DNA from: Balamuthia mandrillaris
Lineage: Eukaryota
DNA: 64,000 nt
Direction of reading: 5' to 3'
Assembly (NCBI GenBank): GCA_031835245.2
Contig: JAVKOQ020000008.1
Location: 310,001-374,000 of the forward strand
Shown here piece by piece: positions 24,106-35,680 of this stretch (its first letter is position 1; every line of letters begins with the position of its first letter). A program made the translations under genes and the position numbers. The notes under the pieces were generated by a model. That model worked only from the letters and a program-made list of their open reading frames with translations, was not told the origin of the DNA and did no database searches.

Positions 24106-25998
24106 ATGAGCACTTCATCGTCTTCCTCCACGGATGTTGAGACAGACTCTGGTGTTTCAGCCCCAGCCAAGGACAAGCCTTCTCACATAGGTAAGTAAGC
24201 TCTCGCTAATTTTTGAGGGTTGACCCTCTCCTGGATCTCCTCCCTCCTCTCGACCGCCTTCTCCCTCTTTTTGTTTGCTCATGCATTTTCATGCTTGCTC
24301 TCCTATTCCTGAGAAGAAAAAGAGGCTGCAGCCACAGGCCGCTCCTCCTCGGACGATGAGGAAGGCCAAGGAACGAGCGACCAGTCAACTGCTGAAGAAG
24401 GAGGACAGTTGAAGCAAGACAAAGGCAAAGACAAAGTAGAGCACAGCAGCGACCCCCATGAAAGGGCTGACTTGAGTGATGAAGAGGACGAGTCTTCCTC
24501 TTCTTTCTCCTCCTCTACCTCTTATACAGAGGAGGAAGAAGATGGAGGAGCAGATGACGATACGGACAGCAAGAAAGCGGGTTCATTGATCGCAGACACC
24601 CTTGGAAAGAAGCCTAAGAAGATCAAAGGAATGGGCCACGAGGAAAAGAAAGAATACAAGAAGGTCAAAAGAGAATGGAAAGAAAAGGAGAAGGAATTCA
24701 AGAGAACACTTACTCCTGGAGAAAAGAAAGAATACAAGAAAGAGAAAAAGGAGCTGTCCCAACAAGAACGTTTCCAGAGGAAGCAACTGCGAAAGGAAAG
24801 ACGCAAGCTGGTCAAGGAAAAGCGAAAGGTCAACACTCCCTCCACTTTGTTCTCTTTCTCTTCATTCTCCTCTTCTCATTTTCACCGCTTCAATTCTCCT
24901 CTTGTTGTCGCTGACCTGATAACCTCAACAGTTCCATCGTCCAAGGATCGGAAAGCTTGTCACAAAAGAGACACAAAGCTACGAACTTGTATGTGATATG
25001 TTATTGGGCATTCGTGTTACAGTGTCTCGTGTCTCTGCAAGAGCTCTGCGCCATACAGAAGTAAAGCCCTACGAGTTTCGAACAAAAACCAATCTCAAGT
25101 TTCCGAGTTCTGGTAGCTCGGCAGGACCCATGCCTACTCCTGCTCACTCTCAGCGAGACTTCAAGTTCACCGACTACTCACCCGTAGTCTTTCGTCGCTT
25201 GCGAGAACATTTTGGCATTGACTCTGCGGATTACCTGGTACTAACCCCTTGCCTTCAATCCTTCCTCCCTCTCTCCCTCTCCCTTCCTCTCTTTCTCGCT
25301 CGTTCTCTCGCTCTCAACTGTCACCATTTTTTCGCTTACTGGCTCACATAAAAGGTATCTTTAACTGGGGACTATGTTCTTTCTGAGTTGGTATCACCAG
25401 GACAAAGTGGGCAATTCTTTTATTTCTCGTACGATCTCAGGTTCATGTTGAAGACTATCACCAAAGGAGAGTCCAAGTTTCTCAAAGCAATTTTGCCTCA
25501 TTACTACGAGGTAGTGTATTACCCTACTTGCTTTCCATGGAATCCTTTCTTACCCTTTCTTTTTCACCACATAGCACATAATGAACAATCCAGATTCGTT
25601 GTTGGCGAGGTTCTTTGGCTTTCATAGAGTTACTCCTCATAAGGACCGCAAACATTACTTCATTATTATGGGCAACATTTTTGCTCAGAACCTTGAGATC
25701 AGTTATCGTTTTGACTTGAAGGTTTGCAAAAAACCACAGTTTTTTTTCTTCTTATGATTAATCGACCATTTCTTTGTGGTTTGGCATAGGGATCGAGCGT
25801 TGGTCGCGTGACGCCTGAAGAAAAAATTAAGAATGACCCAAACGTTGTGATGAAAGATCAAGACTTTGACCGCCTAAACAAAAAAATATATTTAGGACCA
25901 GACAAGGAAGCTCTGTTTATAGACCAAGTAACCAAAGATGTAGATGTACGTACGTTCCTGTGCTTCGTTTTATTTTCAACGCCGTTGTCTGTTTACCG

Positions 25999-26032
<34 letters not shown>

Positions 26033-27337
26033 GTTATTGGAAAGATTGGGTATAATGGACTACAGCCTGTTACTGGGAATACACGACCGCCGGGCTGCTC
26101 AAATGGTAGACCGGAGATTGAGTCTTTCGATGGTGTATCTTCCAAAAGCGGAAGAGGAGATTGGAGCCACAACTTTTGGTTATAGCGATAGCGATTATTG
26201 GTCGACAGATAGCGAGGATGAATACAAGTACGTTTCTGGAGTGATAGATATTCTTTTCAGTTGTAACTCAGGTGTTTCCTTGTTGGTAGGCATCACATCA
26301 CAAAGTTTACGCAAGACCAAGGCGGCTTTCAGTCGACAGACAAAAATAACAATCCCGCCAACGAAATCTATTTTATGGGAATTATTGACATCTTACAGCC
26401 CTACAATATTCGGAAAAGAGTGGAACACACTTTTAAAGCCCTTCGATATGATGGGGTAACTCTCTTCCCCTTTTCTCTTTCCTCCTCTTCCCCATATTGA
26501 ACAAGAACATTACAGGATTCCATATCTGCGGTACATCCAAAATTGTATGCCTCGCGCTTTAAAGAGTACATGTTTGGCCATGTGTGCCCTTCCCCAACAA
26601 GAAGCAAACCTCCGAGGCATAAAAAAGACAGAAGGTCAGCACGCAAGGCATTTATGTATAGCTCCGAAGAAGAGATGGCAGAAAAGAAGGAACGCAAAGC
26701 CATCAGTCAAGCAAGCTCCAGCTCCAGTGATAACGAAGAAACCAAGGACCGAACTAAGCAGGAGACACAAAAGGTATACGGAGGCGTTGACGATGGTAAG
26801 GGGAAGGAGAAAGAAGCTACAAAAGAGCACAAGAAGCAGAGTGGCAAAGCAAAGAAAACCGTCACGGAAACAGCGATCGCCAAGGAGGAGACCAAGCAGC
26901 CTACTACCGTCAAAGGTAAAGAACAGGAAACTGAAAGTATCCTCTCTGTAAAGAGCGTTGACGCAGAGTTGACAAGCAAAAAGGGAGACGAGAAGCTGGA
27001 GAAGGCTGTTCAAGACAAAAGCTCCAAAGAAGCGGTAGCTACATCAACATTAACAACTCCCAAGAAGATTATTACCAAGACGACGACTAAGAAGCAGAAG
27101 AAGAAGAAGAAAAAGGTCACAACAGTGGTAGAGAGTGTGGTCGTTGTCAGCAGCAAGAACGAGCAGCGACCACAATCAGAGGATAAGCACTCTCAAAAAG
27201 AGTCAGAGTCTAGTGATATTGATCCTAGCAGTGATGTTTCAGTACCAAGCAGTGGTAACGCTGGCATGGTGCCTAAGCAGCTCAAGAAAAAGCGGAAGAA
27301 GGAAAGCAAAAGAGGAACCAGCAAGGGAGCCCTTTAG
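24106..27337 (+). CDS. Phosphatidylinositol-phosphate kinase (PIP5K family) with charged N- and C-terminal extensions
   Basis: YELVCDMLLGIR, DFKFTDYSPVVFRRLREHFGID, SPGQSGQFFYFSYD.RFMLKT, RFDLKGS, MKDQDF, IMDYSLLLGIH, YFMGIIDILQPY and ISAVHPKLYASRF. Confidence 0.95.
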
Positions 27338-27446
27338 CACACTTTCTTCTTCTTCTCTCCTTTTTCTGGGCGTGGGCTGGATTCTTATTGTTTGTATAGA
27401 TCCAAAAAAAAAAAGGGGTGACTGCATTAGCGTAAAGAGAGCAGCA

Positions 27447-29631
27447 CTATTTGTGGGTTGGGTTGCGTTTACGAGAAAAGCTGCCAAACAGTTTTCTGCC
27501 CCACCTGGGGTTAGCCTTCTTCTTATCGGCCGCCTCATTATCTCGCCGCCAAGCCCCAAAGTCAAAGATACTGACAACAGAGGCGTTGGCTACGAAAAGC
27601 AGGCTTTCCACCATGCGAACGCAGGTCACATGGCCGCCTTCAAAAGGAATACGGAGGAGCAGTCGCCAATGGGTTCGTTGATGCGGATATGGCTTGTAGT
27701 AGATTACCACTTCGTTGCGGCTGCAATTGGCTACTCGTTTGCCATCCTCAGAGATATGTACATCCATAGACCAGTTTCTGCCATCTTCCAACACTGCCAG
27801 TGACTCATTTGTGTCTACATCGTAAAGGAACACTTTGTGATCCTTTTGAATAAGGGATCGTTACAGCATGATTCCGACAAAGAGGAAAATGATGATTGTA
27901 GAGGGGTGGCTACCTCATAAGCTCCAAAGGCCAACATGCCGTTCCCAACGAATCCACAAGTAAGCCCATGGAAGAATGCGTCTGTGTCTTCTCGTGTAAA
28001 GGTGCGCTGAACATTTCCGTCAAAGTCCCACATCTTCATTCAAAATTGAGAGTAAATGGTAGGGAATTAGTAACTGCTTATTGATACAAAACAAAACCGT
28101 CCCACTAATTCCGTATTTCATCGGCAGAGAGGGACTCGTGGAGCCTCTCACCAGGGGGCGGAGAAGCGGCATTGGGCCTACTCCTGCATATGCGCCTTTA
28201 TGTCGTGGCGCATATGTGCAAGATTTGCAAAATGTGCAAGTTTAATGTAGGCGTACCTTTGCAGTAGAGTCAAGCCCAGCGGTCATGCACCAAGCCTTTC
28301 CCCTATGATAAAAAAATTGAAGGTCTTGAATGCCACTTGTGTGCTCATTGTCGATCACTTTCTTCACTTTGTTGCATTCCATATCCCAAACAGTCTTTTA
28401 TCGTAGATGGAGTTGGCGCCATATGGTTTAGGCAGTTGTTGTTAGTACCAGAATGACAACAGAGAGGGAAAGAGGAAAGAGAGCGTACAACGGTGCCGGA
28501 TGTAGCGCCAGTAATGAGAACTTGGTCTGTGAAAGAAAAATAAAAAACCCTGGCAATGGGAAGCACAAAGGTTGCATCAGCAGTATACGGCAGCTGCTTC
28601 TTGCCACCGCTCCAACTTACGTGTTGATGGGGAGGTGGGATAGAAGCTAGCAGTTCCGGTGGGAGAAGCTCGTCCGGTATAATAAAGGCATAAATTGCTT
28701 TAGCATTGCTGGCCAGCAATCTGTTACCGCAAGTCCGTACGCAGACCACCGGCTGCGTCATCGAGAATGATGTCTCTGTGGAAAACGAGCTTAGTGTTAG
28801 CATTACACCAGTGCAGTTCTCCTTCAAGGCCTCAACTACAGAGGAAAAAAAGTTGACTCAAGAAGAACCGAGAGAGAGAGAGAGAGAGAGAGTAAGAGAG
28901 AAACTAACCATGCTTGATTTGAAAGGAACATAGCAGCTGCAGGTTCTGCAAGTTATAAAGCTGAACGAGACCAGAGCCGCCACCTGTAGCAAGAAAATGG
29001 GCGGTGATATCCATACACAGCACTCCACTCAAGTCGTTTGGGAGTTTATGTTCCAACGGTAACTCTGGCATTTCCACATCTCTATCATCTTCTTGTTCTT
29101 GTGGCAAGTAGCGTGCCCAGTCATGGTCCACAACGCGTCGATGACAATACCAGTCCTTCCAGTTAATAACGGCTTCCTGCTGCGTTTCCTGTGCGGGGTG
29201 TCGAGAGCATGCTGACTCTTTGGCTTCGTCGCTGCGTGTGTCTTGTGGGTGGTAGTAGCCTTGCTTCCTGGCAAGCACCTTCCACAACAGCCGGTCCTCC
29301 GCCAATGCTTTGGTCCTGCGGCAAACCTGCGTTAAGAATCTCTTCACGTTAGTCACTACTTTTTCTGCATCAGAGACAGAGAGAGAGAGAGAGAGAGAGA
29401 ACAAACAAGGGCCAAGCGAGCCAGATCAGTGTCTTGCAACAACAAAAAGATGTGAATAAGGAGCTCTTCAGGCAAGAGCTCCACCAAGTTCACCCTCTGG
29501 TGACGCCCACGACTCTTTTGTTGGTGATGGCGGGCGCCCTCTGCGGCCTCTTCCGTTGTTGCTCTTCCACCTGCGCCTGTTGTTGGTGATGGGGAGGATG
29601 GGGCTGGTGGTCGTGGGTGTTGTTGTTGCAT
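27447..29631 (-). CDS. F-box protein with WD40-like repeats
   Basis: LLPEELLIHIFLLL...LARLALVCRR...LLWK is an F-box. LATGGGSGLVQLYNL, LITGATSGT..VWD and MWDFDG are WD-like repeats. Confidence 0.8.
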
Positions 29632-29902
29632 TGCCAAAGTTGCAACCAAACCACCACCACCACCACCACCACCAGTAACGATGTTTCTCAGCGGCAGCAG
29701 CACCGCCGCTACTTCCTCTCCTCTGCTCTCCTCTGCTCTCCTCTGCTCTCCTCTCCTCTCCACGCTAAAATTTAACGGCCCTTTTGTCCGTGAGCGAGGG
29801 AGAAAAAGCGGGAGCGGCAGTGGTACTCGCGGGGAGCCTTTTTTGCCTTTGAACCATCTCAAACGCACACCTCTCTTGTATCATCAACCGAGGGGAGAAG
29901 CA

Positions 29903-30682
29903 ATGCTTGGCAAAAAGTTGTTTAAGGCGGAGGCAGGAGGGGCTCTCCCCTCGTCCTCCTCTTCGGGGCTCGCTCTCTTCGTCAAGGAAAACGACGTGCA
30001 GGGCTTGGAGCAGGCGCTGGCGGCCTCCTCCTCCGCTGCGCTCCAGCGAGAGAGCGGTCTGTTGGCCTTGGCCTGCGCCTTCAACCATGCCGACGTGGCC
30101 AAGCTGCTGTTGGCCAAAGGGGCCAACCCCAACGAGCCCAACGAGAAGGGCTTATACCCTCTCCACCTCGCCGCCAAGCGGGGCAACCCCGCCCTGGTTC
30201 GCTCTCTGCTCAAACACGGAGCGGACCCCAACCTCCAGAGCAAGAACAAGAAAAAGCTGGCTGACTCCATGGACCCCTCCATGGGAACCTATCCTCTCCT
30301 CCTCGCCGCTGAGCAGGGACACACGGAGGTGGTAGAGGTCCTTTTGCATCCGCTTGCAGAAGGAGAGACAGAGGAGGAGCTTGCCAAAGTGGTGGCAGCC
30401 GATGTTAACGTCCGCAACCAATTCTACAACAACACGGCGCTGGGCATAGCCGCTCGCACCGGCAACCTCGCTTTGGTGCAGCTGCTGGTGGGGCAGCAAG
30501 GCATCGACCTGGACAAGCAGAATCGCTCCCTCTCCACGCCACTGCACGAGGCGGCCGCCGCTGGGCATGCAGATATCGTGAAGATACTGCTAGAGCGTGG
30601 CGCCGACACCACCAAGCTCAACGGCCTTCGCAAGACTGCCAAGCAAGTGGCCTCCCCCGCCATACAAGCCCTCTTCCCATGA
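29903..30682 (+). CDS. Ankyrin repeat protein; intronless
   Basis: Several repeats, including YPLHLAAKRGN...LLKHGADPN and TPLHEAAAAGHADIVKILLERGAD. Confidence 0.92.
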   Translation: MLGKKLFKAEAGGALPSSSSSGLALFVKENDVQGLEQALAASSSAALQRESGLLALACAFNHADVAKLLLAKGANPNEPNEKGLYPLHLAAKRGNPALVRSLLKHGADPNLQSKNKKKLADSMDPSMGTYPLLLAAEQGHTEVVEVLLHPLAEGETEEELAKVVAADVNVRNQFYNNTALGIAARTGNLALVQLLVGQQGIDLDKQNRSLSTPLHEAAAAGHADIVKILLERGADTTKLNGLRKTAKQVASPAIQALFP

Positions 30683-31171
30683 CCCTTCCCTTCCGCTAGT
30701 TCAAGTGCTCTACCTGTTCGTACCATTGCTGCGGCTGGTTTTGAACTGCAAGCCGGAACGAGGGCGAGCAACCCATGACATATGCCTACCGCTGCTGGGA
30801 TTGCTGCAATTGCCGCTGCTGCTACTCCTCCTTCGCCTTCCTCTTCCTCCTCCACCAGCATCCCTCTCTTCTCTCTCTTCCATTCCAATGTATGTACTAT
30901 CCATGTATTTGTTTGTTCGTTGCAAAGCGTTCACCCCACTGGGGCCAACGCCTTTGCAGGAGGAGGTAAACAGGCAATATAGGTTAGGGTTTGTGCTGAT
31001 ATAGCAGTAGTAGGGTTTGCCCAACAAAGCAAGCCTGTCTCTCCCCCTCTCTTTCGGCGACGTTTCTTCCGCTCTTCTCCCTTTCGCTAGCTTTCAGACC
31101 AACCAACGGACCGACCCCCTTCCAGCCCAGCATCAACGCACACAAAGTGCAAGCAACGACCACCAGCAGTA

Positions 31172-32066
31172 ATGGAGAGCGCAAAGAAGCAAGTATTGGT
31201 GTATGGCGGTGCTGGCCAGCTGGGCGCCACTGTGGTCACCGAGTTCAAGCAGAGGGGCTGCACCGTGTTCGTGGCTGACTTTAGGACCAACCCAGAAGCT
31301 GACCACAACGTCGTGCTCTCCCCCGACTCCTCCAACAAAGAGAACACCGCTCGTGTTGTGGAGGAACTCAAAAAGCTTAACGCTGGTGCGGCAACCCTTT
31401 CCTTTCCTGTCCTTCGTTTCAGTTTCAGTGCTGTTGCGTCTGTGCGTTCTTATAGTAGTAGAAGTGAGACTGATTACATCTCGTTTTCCAACACGCAACC
31501 GCAAACCACCACCACCCACCCACCCACCACTCACCCACCCACCCACCAACGAAACAGAGCTCAGCGCCGTGATATGTGTGGCAGGAGGCTGGGTGGGAGG
31601 TAACGTGAAAAGCCCCTCCATCTTTGACGAGGTGGACAAAATGTGGAGCTTCAACCTGCAGTCCTCCGTGGCGGCCGCCCACCTTGCCGCCAACTTTTTG
31701 AAGGAAGGCGAGGAGAGCATGCTCGTGCTGGCTGGCGCTGAGGCCGCCCTCTCCCCCACGCCAGGCATGCTGGCCTACGGCATGACCAAAGCGGCCACGC
31801 ACCACCTGATCGCCAGCTTGGTGGACCCCAGCGGAGGTCTTCCCAGGGGCTGCAGCGTGTTGGGCATCCTCCCCATCTGCCTCGACACACCGACCAACCG
31901 GCAGGCCATGCCCACCGCCAACTTTGACGACTGGACGCCCTTGCCCGTTGTGGCCTCCCTCCTCGCTGACTGGGCGCAGGGCAAGGACAGGCCCAAGAGC
32001 GGCACCCTCGTCTCCATTGAGACGAAGAGCAAGGACACCAAGTTTAGGCATCATCCTTCCAAGTGA
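31172..32066 (+). CDS. QDPR: Dihydropteridine reductase (SDR family); 2 exons
   Basis: VLVYGGAGQLG, AVICVAGGWVGG, TPGMLAYGMTKAATHHL and LDTPTNRQAMP.ANFDDWTP. Confidence 0.95.
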
Positions 32067-32229
32067 GACCACTACGGCTGTTAGAAGTGCACTCTGCTCT
32101 CTCCTTCTTTCCTTCTTTCTTTCTTTCAAACAACGGAGAGTACAACACAAACATACAAGACACCCTGTAATGCCCTCGGTATTATTATAGCGCCACCACG
32201 GCCCCACCCGCTTGCTGATGTTATCTACA

Positions 32230-33086
32230 TCAGTCATCATAGGCGGAGAGCAGTGACAGGCCCGTTTCTTCTTCCTCTCCTTCTTCTGCTTCTGCGGGTT
32301 GTTGTGCGGTGGTGGCAAGTTTGTCTTGGTGGTTACTAAAGCTAAGGGGCTGGTTTTGAGAGTCGTCAAGGGCCAAGCTGGCCTCCAGGTGGCGGCGAGC
32401 TTCTTCCTTTTGCCTCTCTTCCTTCTCTTCCTCCAACTCCAACAGCGGCGTTGCTATTCCACCGGTGCTGTTGCTGCTCATGCTGCTGGTCGCTCTTGCC
32501 GTAGCTGTTGTTGTTATAGCGGTAGCGTTTGTACGTGCTTTCTTTTGCGACGACACCACTGTCCTCTCATGCTGCTGTGTTCCTGCTCCACTGCTTCCCC
32601 CTTTTGTGGAGTATTGTGCGATTGGGGTTGGCTTCTCTTGCGTTTGGAGAGGTAGGGGTGAGGGTCGCCTGGCGTGAAACCACCCTCCGCGGCAGCAGGG
32701 TCCAGCTCCAGCACCCGCCGCACCCACTTCTTGTGCTCTCGCTGGAGGAGGGCCAACCGCTCCTGGAACTCTTTGATCTTGCTGTCCGAGTAGTTGCGCA
32801 CGCCAGAGAGGTGGTGCAAGCAGTGGTCCATCTCCGCCTTGATGGAAGGAATCCATTGCCTCACCTCACTCGCTGTTCGCAGCGTGTGCTGTTATTGGGT
32901 TGCGTTAATCAATGAGCACTGCACACGCACGCATGAAAAAAGGTGGCTGGGGCTGAACCGTGCGTGTGTGAATGAGATGCATACAAGAGGAGGACGCTTC
33001 GGGTTTCGCTCCTCCCGCTTTTCCTTTTCCTTTTGCAACAGGAGGCGATTCAGCACCGAGTAGTTCTTTTCTTCGTTACGAGCCAT
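32230..33086 (-). CDS. ISY1-like splicing-factor paralog; apparent 1-nt frameshift near 32600
   Basis: MARNEEKNYSVLNRLL...KRPPL, then after an intron SEVRQWIPSIKAEM...SDSKIKEFQERLALLQREHKKWVRRVLELDP, resembling the Isy1 N-terminal domain. The acidic C-terminus ending GLSLLSAYDD is in another frame. Confidence 0.7.
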
Positions 33087-33270
33087 TATTTCCTCTTCAT
33101 CCCTTCTCTCTTCCCTCTCTTCCCTCTCTCCTCTCTCCTCTGCTTCTCTGCTTCTCTCCTTTTTTATGCCTTTTGAATTTTTTATTGCTGTGATAATATA
33201 TATAGTAGGGTGTGGTGGGCAAAAGAGAATGTTGGGAGGTACCATCATACGTTTTGGGCGAACGACTGCC

Positions 33271-35112
33271 TCAGGATGGCGGCGCGGAGGCGGCAGGAGG
33301 GCGCGGAGGGGTGGGGCTATCTTGGGAACGTACGACAAGAGGAGGGTTTTGCCGCGTTTTGATGGGACTATGTTTCCTCCCCTGAGTCCTGTCCAAGCAT
33401 TATGTTATCGTCAGTTGGCGGGGGCGAGAGAGAAGAAGAAGAGAACGAATAACGCGGATGAGGTACCGTTTCGAAAAAAAGTATTTACAAGAGGGCAGAA
33501 CCATGTCCACGGAAGGAGCCTGGCTCAGTTCTTTCCAACTTATGGAATGGGCCTTGGTGAAGTCAGCGTTATCCATGTAGGCTTCTTGCCCTTCGGAGCA
33601 GCGCCAGAGCACCCGTTCTTTGGTGCCAGAGGTAACACTCCGCAGAGCGGTGAGCTCCTTCGCATGAAGGTTGCGTACATGGATTGAAAACCTGGCTGAT
33701 TTAGGCAGGTATTCGATTGGCCCATGTCCGTGTCCCTTCTTCACATTCTCCACACAACAGAGGGCGCAAATCCATAAGCTTGCACCGATCGTTATGGATA
33801 GAGGATGCTTGTGTTGAGATTCAGGTACGAGATGGTAGACATCTTTCCAATACTTCGGTTTTGCCTCTTCAGTGACCCTGTTATCTTTCGTTTTCAGCTT
33901 TTTCTTGTTGTTCTCTTGCAAAACTTCCTCATCTTCATCTGTGTCACTATCTGTCTGCTCGACTTCCTCCTCTGAATCCACCTCGTCCGAACCTTCTGAG
34001 TCAAAGTCGCCATCATCACTGCCTCCGTCGCTATCACCAACATATTCCCTGTGTTCTTCGAGTCGTTTTCTTACTTCTCTGTTAGGATTGGGCACCTTGT
34101 CTTTCCCTTTATCTATAGTCGGAGCAGGTTGTGTGGTTGATAGCTGGGAGTCTTTGTTAAAATCTCTCTCTGGTTTCGACCGTTTGCGTTCATTCTTGCT
34201 CAGGGTATTCCTTTCGCCATCAGTCTGGCTGTTGCCTGAAGTAATAAGGGGCGAAGCAACAGTGGTAGATGTGACACTGGCTGACGTAGTGTTTGAAGCC
34301 GACCCGATAAGTTGCTGGGGAGCCGTGCTTTGGCGTTGGTTATCGTTTTGGTCTTGATGTTGGTTGTAGGAAGTAGCTTGCACGGATTGTGAGCTCGCAG
34401 AAGTTGGCAACAATGGAGCAACGGGGGCTGGGTGTGTTTGATAGTTGGGTTGAAGTTTGCGAAGCAAGTCCTGTCCACATCCGCCTGCATAACTAAACAA
34501 TTGCGTATATCCCATTGTTGTTGAAGCAGAAGAAGGTGACGAAGAAGCAGAGGAAGAAGACGAACGAGGAGAAGCTGAACAAGAAGAGGAAGGTATAGAG
34601 GATGTGGTGGTATGGCCATTAAGTTGGGGTGTAGCGCTCTTAGCAGTGGGCCAACATAAGCTTATATGCTTAAACTGCAACTCTGCTCTTACTTTGTCCA
34701 CAAAGCCAAAAACGATGCCCACGTTTTGCAGAAATACGCCCATCCTGACGTAGGGGTTGCTCCCCGCATCGGTTTTGAAGAGGAAGCGAACGAGCACGTC
34801 TGTGGACAACAACACCTCCAGGGCAAGCTCTATAACGGCAAGCATGCCCCTCTCCTCTTCGTAGTGGCTGAACACCTTTATAACTTCGTTCGGTATGTTT
34901 CCCTGTTGTATGATGTCCTCCTCAAAGTTGGTGATGATGACGGTCCGTCGCAGCGCCTCCGTATGCGAGTTGGACTGGTGGCGTGTGGCCAGCAGCACCT
35001 CCACGACACACCCGGCCGGGTGCTGTTTGGTCATTTTGCCCTCCAGCGCCCATTGGCTGGCAAGCATGGTGCAAAGCAGCAATATCTCTTGCTCCACGGG
35101 GTCTGCTTCCAT
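33271..35112 (-). CDS. Uncharacterised protein with Ser-rich and acidic linkers and C-terminal Cys/His (zinc-finger-like) motifs
   Basis: 570-aa ORF containing WICALCC...FSIHVRNLH and WRCSEG...KAH. A likely last intron (GTACCT...ACAG, about 33388-33465) would give PSCKYFFSKRTQGRKH and a stop at 33271. Confidence 0.65.
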
Positions 35113-35680
35113 AGCGTGGCGGTCGCGTGCGCTTCCCGTCGTCGGGCTGCGGTTAGCTTTTCGCTCCTCCCCTCCGCTTTTCGCAGTGTATTAAATGGCG
35201 GGGGGGGGTTAGGGTGGGGACCTCGCCGCGCTGGCGCTCGAGGGTCATCTTCGGGGGGGCGCTCGCAGCCTTTGCACCGACCACTCGGAGCAGTGGTGGT
35301 TTTGGCCCCACGGGGACAAGGCTCACCTCCCTCGGGAGGATGAACCAACGATGAAGGGTTGTTGTGTCCAAGGGGGGGAGGGGCGACTCCTTGCTTGTTT
35401 TTTTTTTGTACGCCACAATTCGTGTAATAAGTTGCGAGGGGGGCCCCTCTCATGTGGCTCACTCTCCCTGCTGCCAGCTGATGGGAGCTATTGCTTGGTT
35501 GCCGAGCTGGTGCTGCTGCTGATGGGTTTAATTTTGTGGATCCCTGAAGACAGTCAAACGGCCGTTTCCATGAACCGCTCGGTTGACCCTTCCCCCTGAG
35601 TTTTTGTTTTGTTCACGTCACCCTGGACCGTCTGCAGAGGTGCAGCACACAACACAATCGCACCTCAGCCGAAAGGGACG

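Noticed and set aside
25356..25365. GTATCTTT as a possible U12-type intron donor
   Set aside because: It lies at the start of a PIP5K exon (VSLTGDY). I saw no convincing RTATCCTT donor in the window, although the scan was by eye.
31425..32369. Long antisense ORFs over QDPR (similarly over the ankyrin, IDH and SBP genes)
   Set aside because: These are expected shadows of GC3-rich coding sequence and carry no independent motifs.
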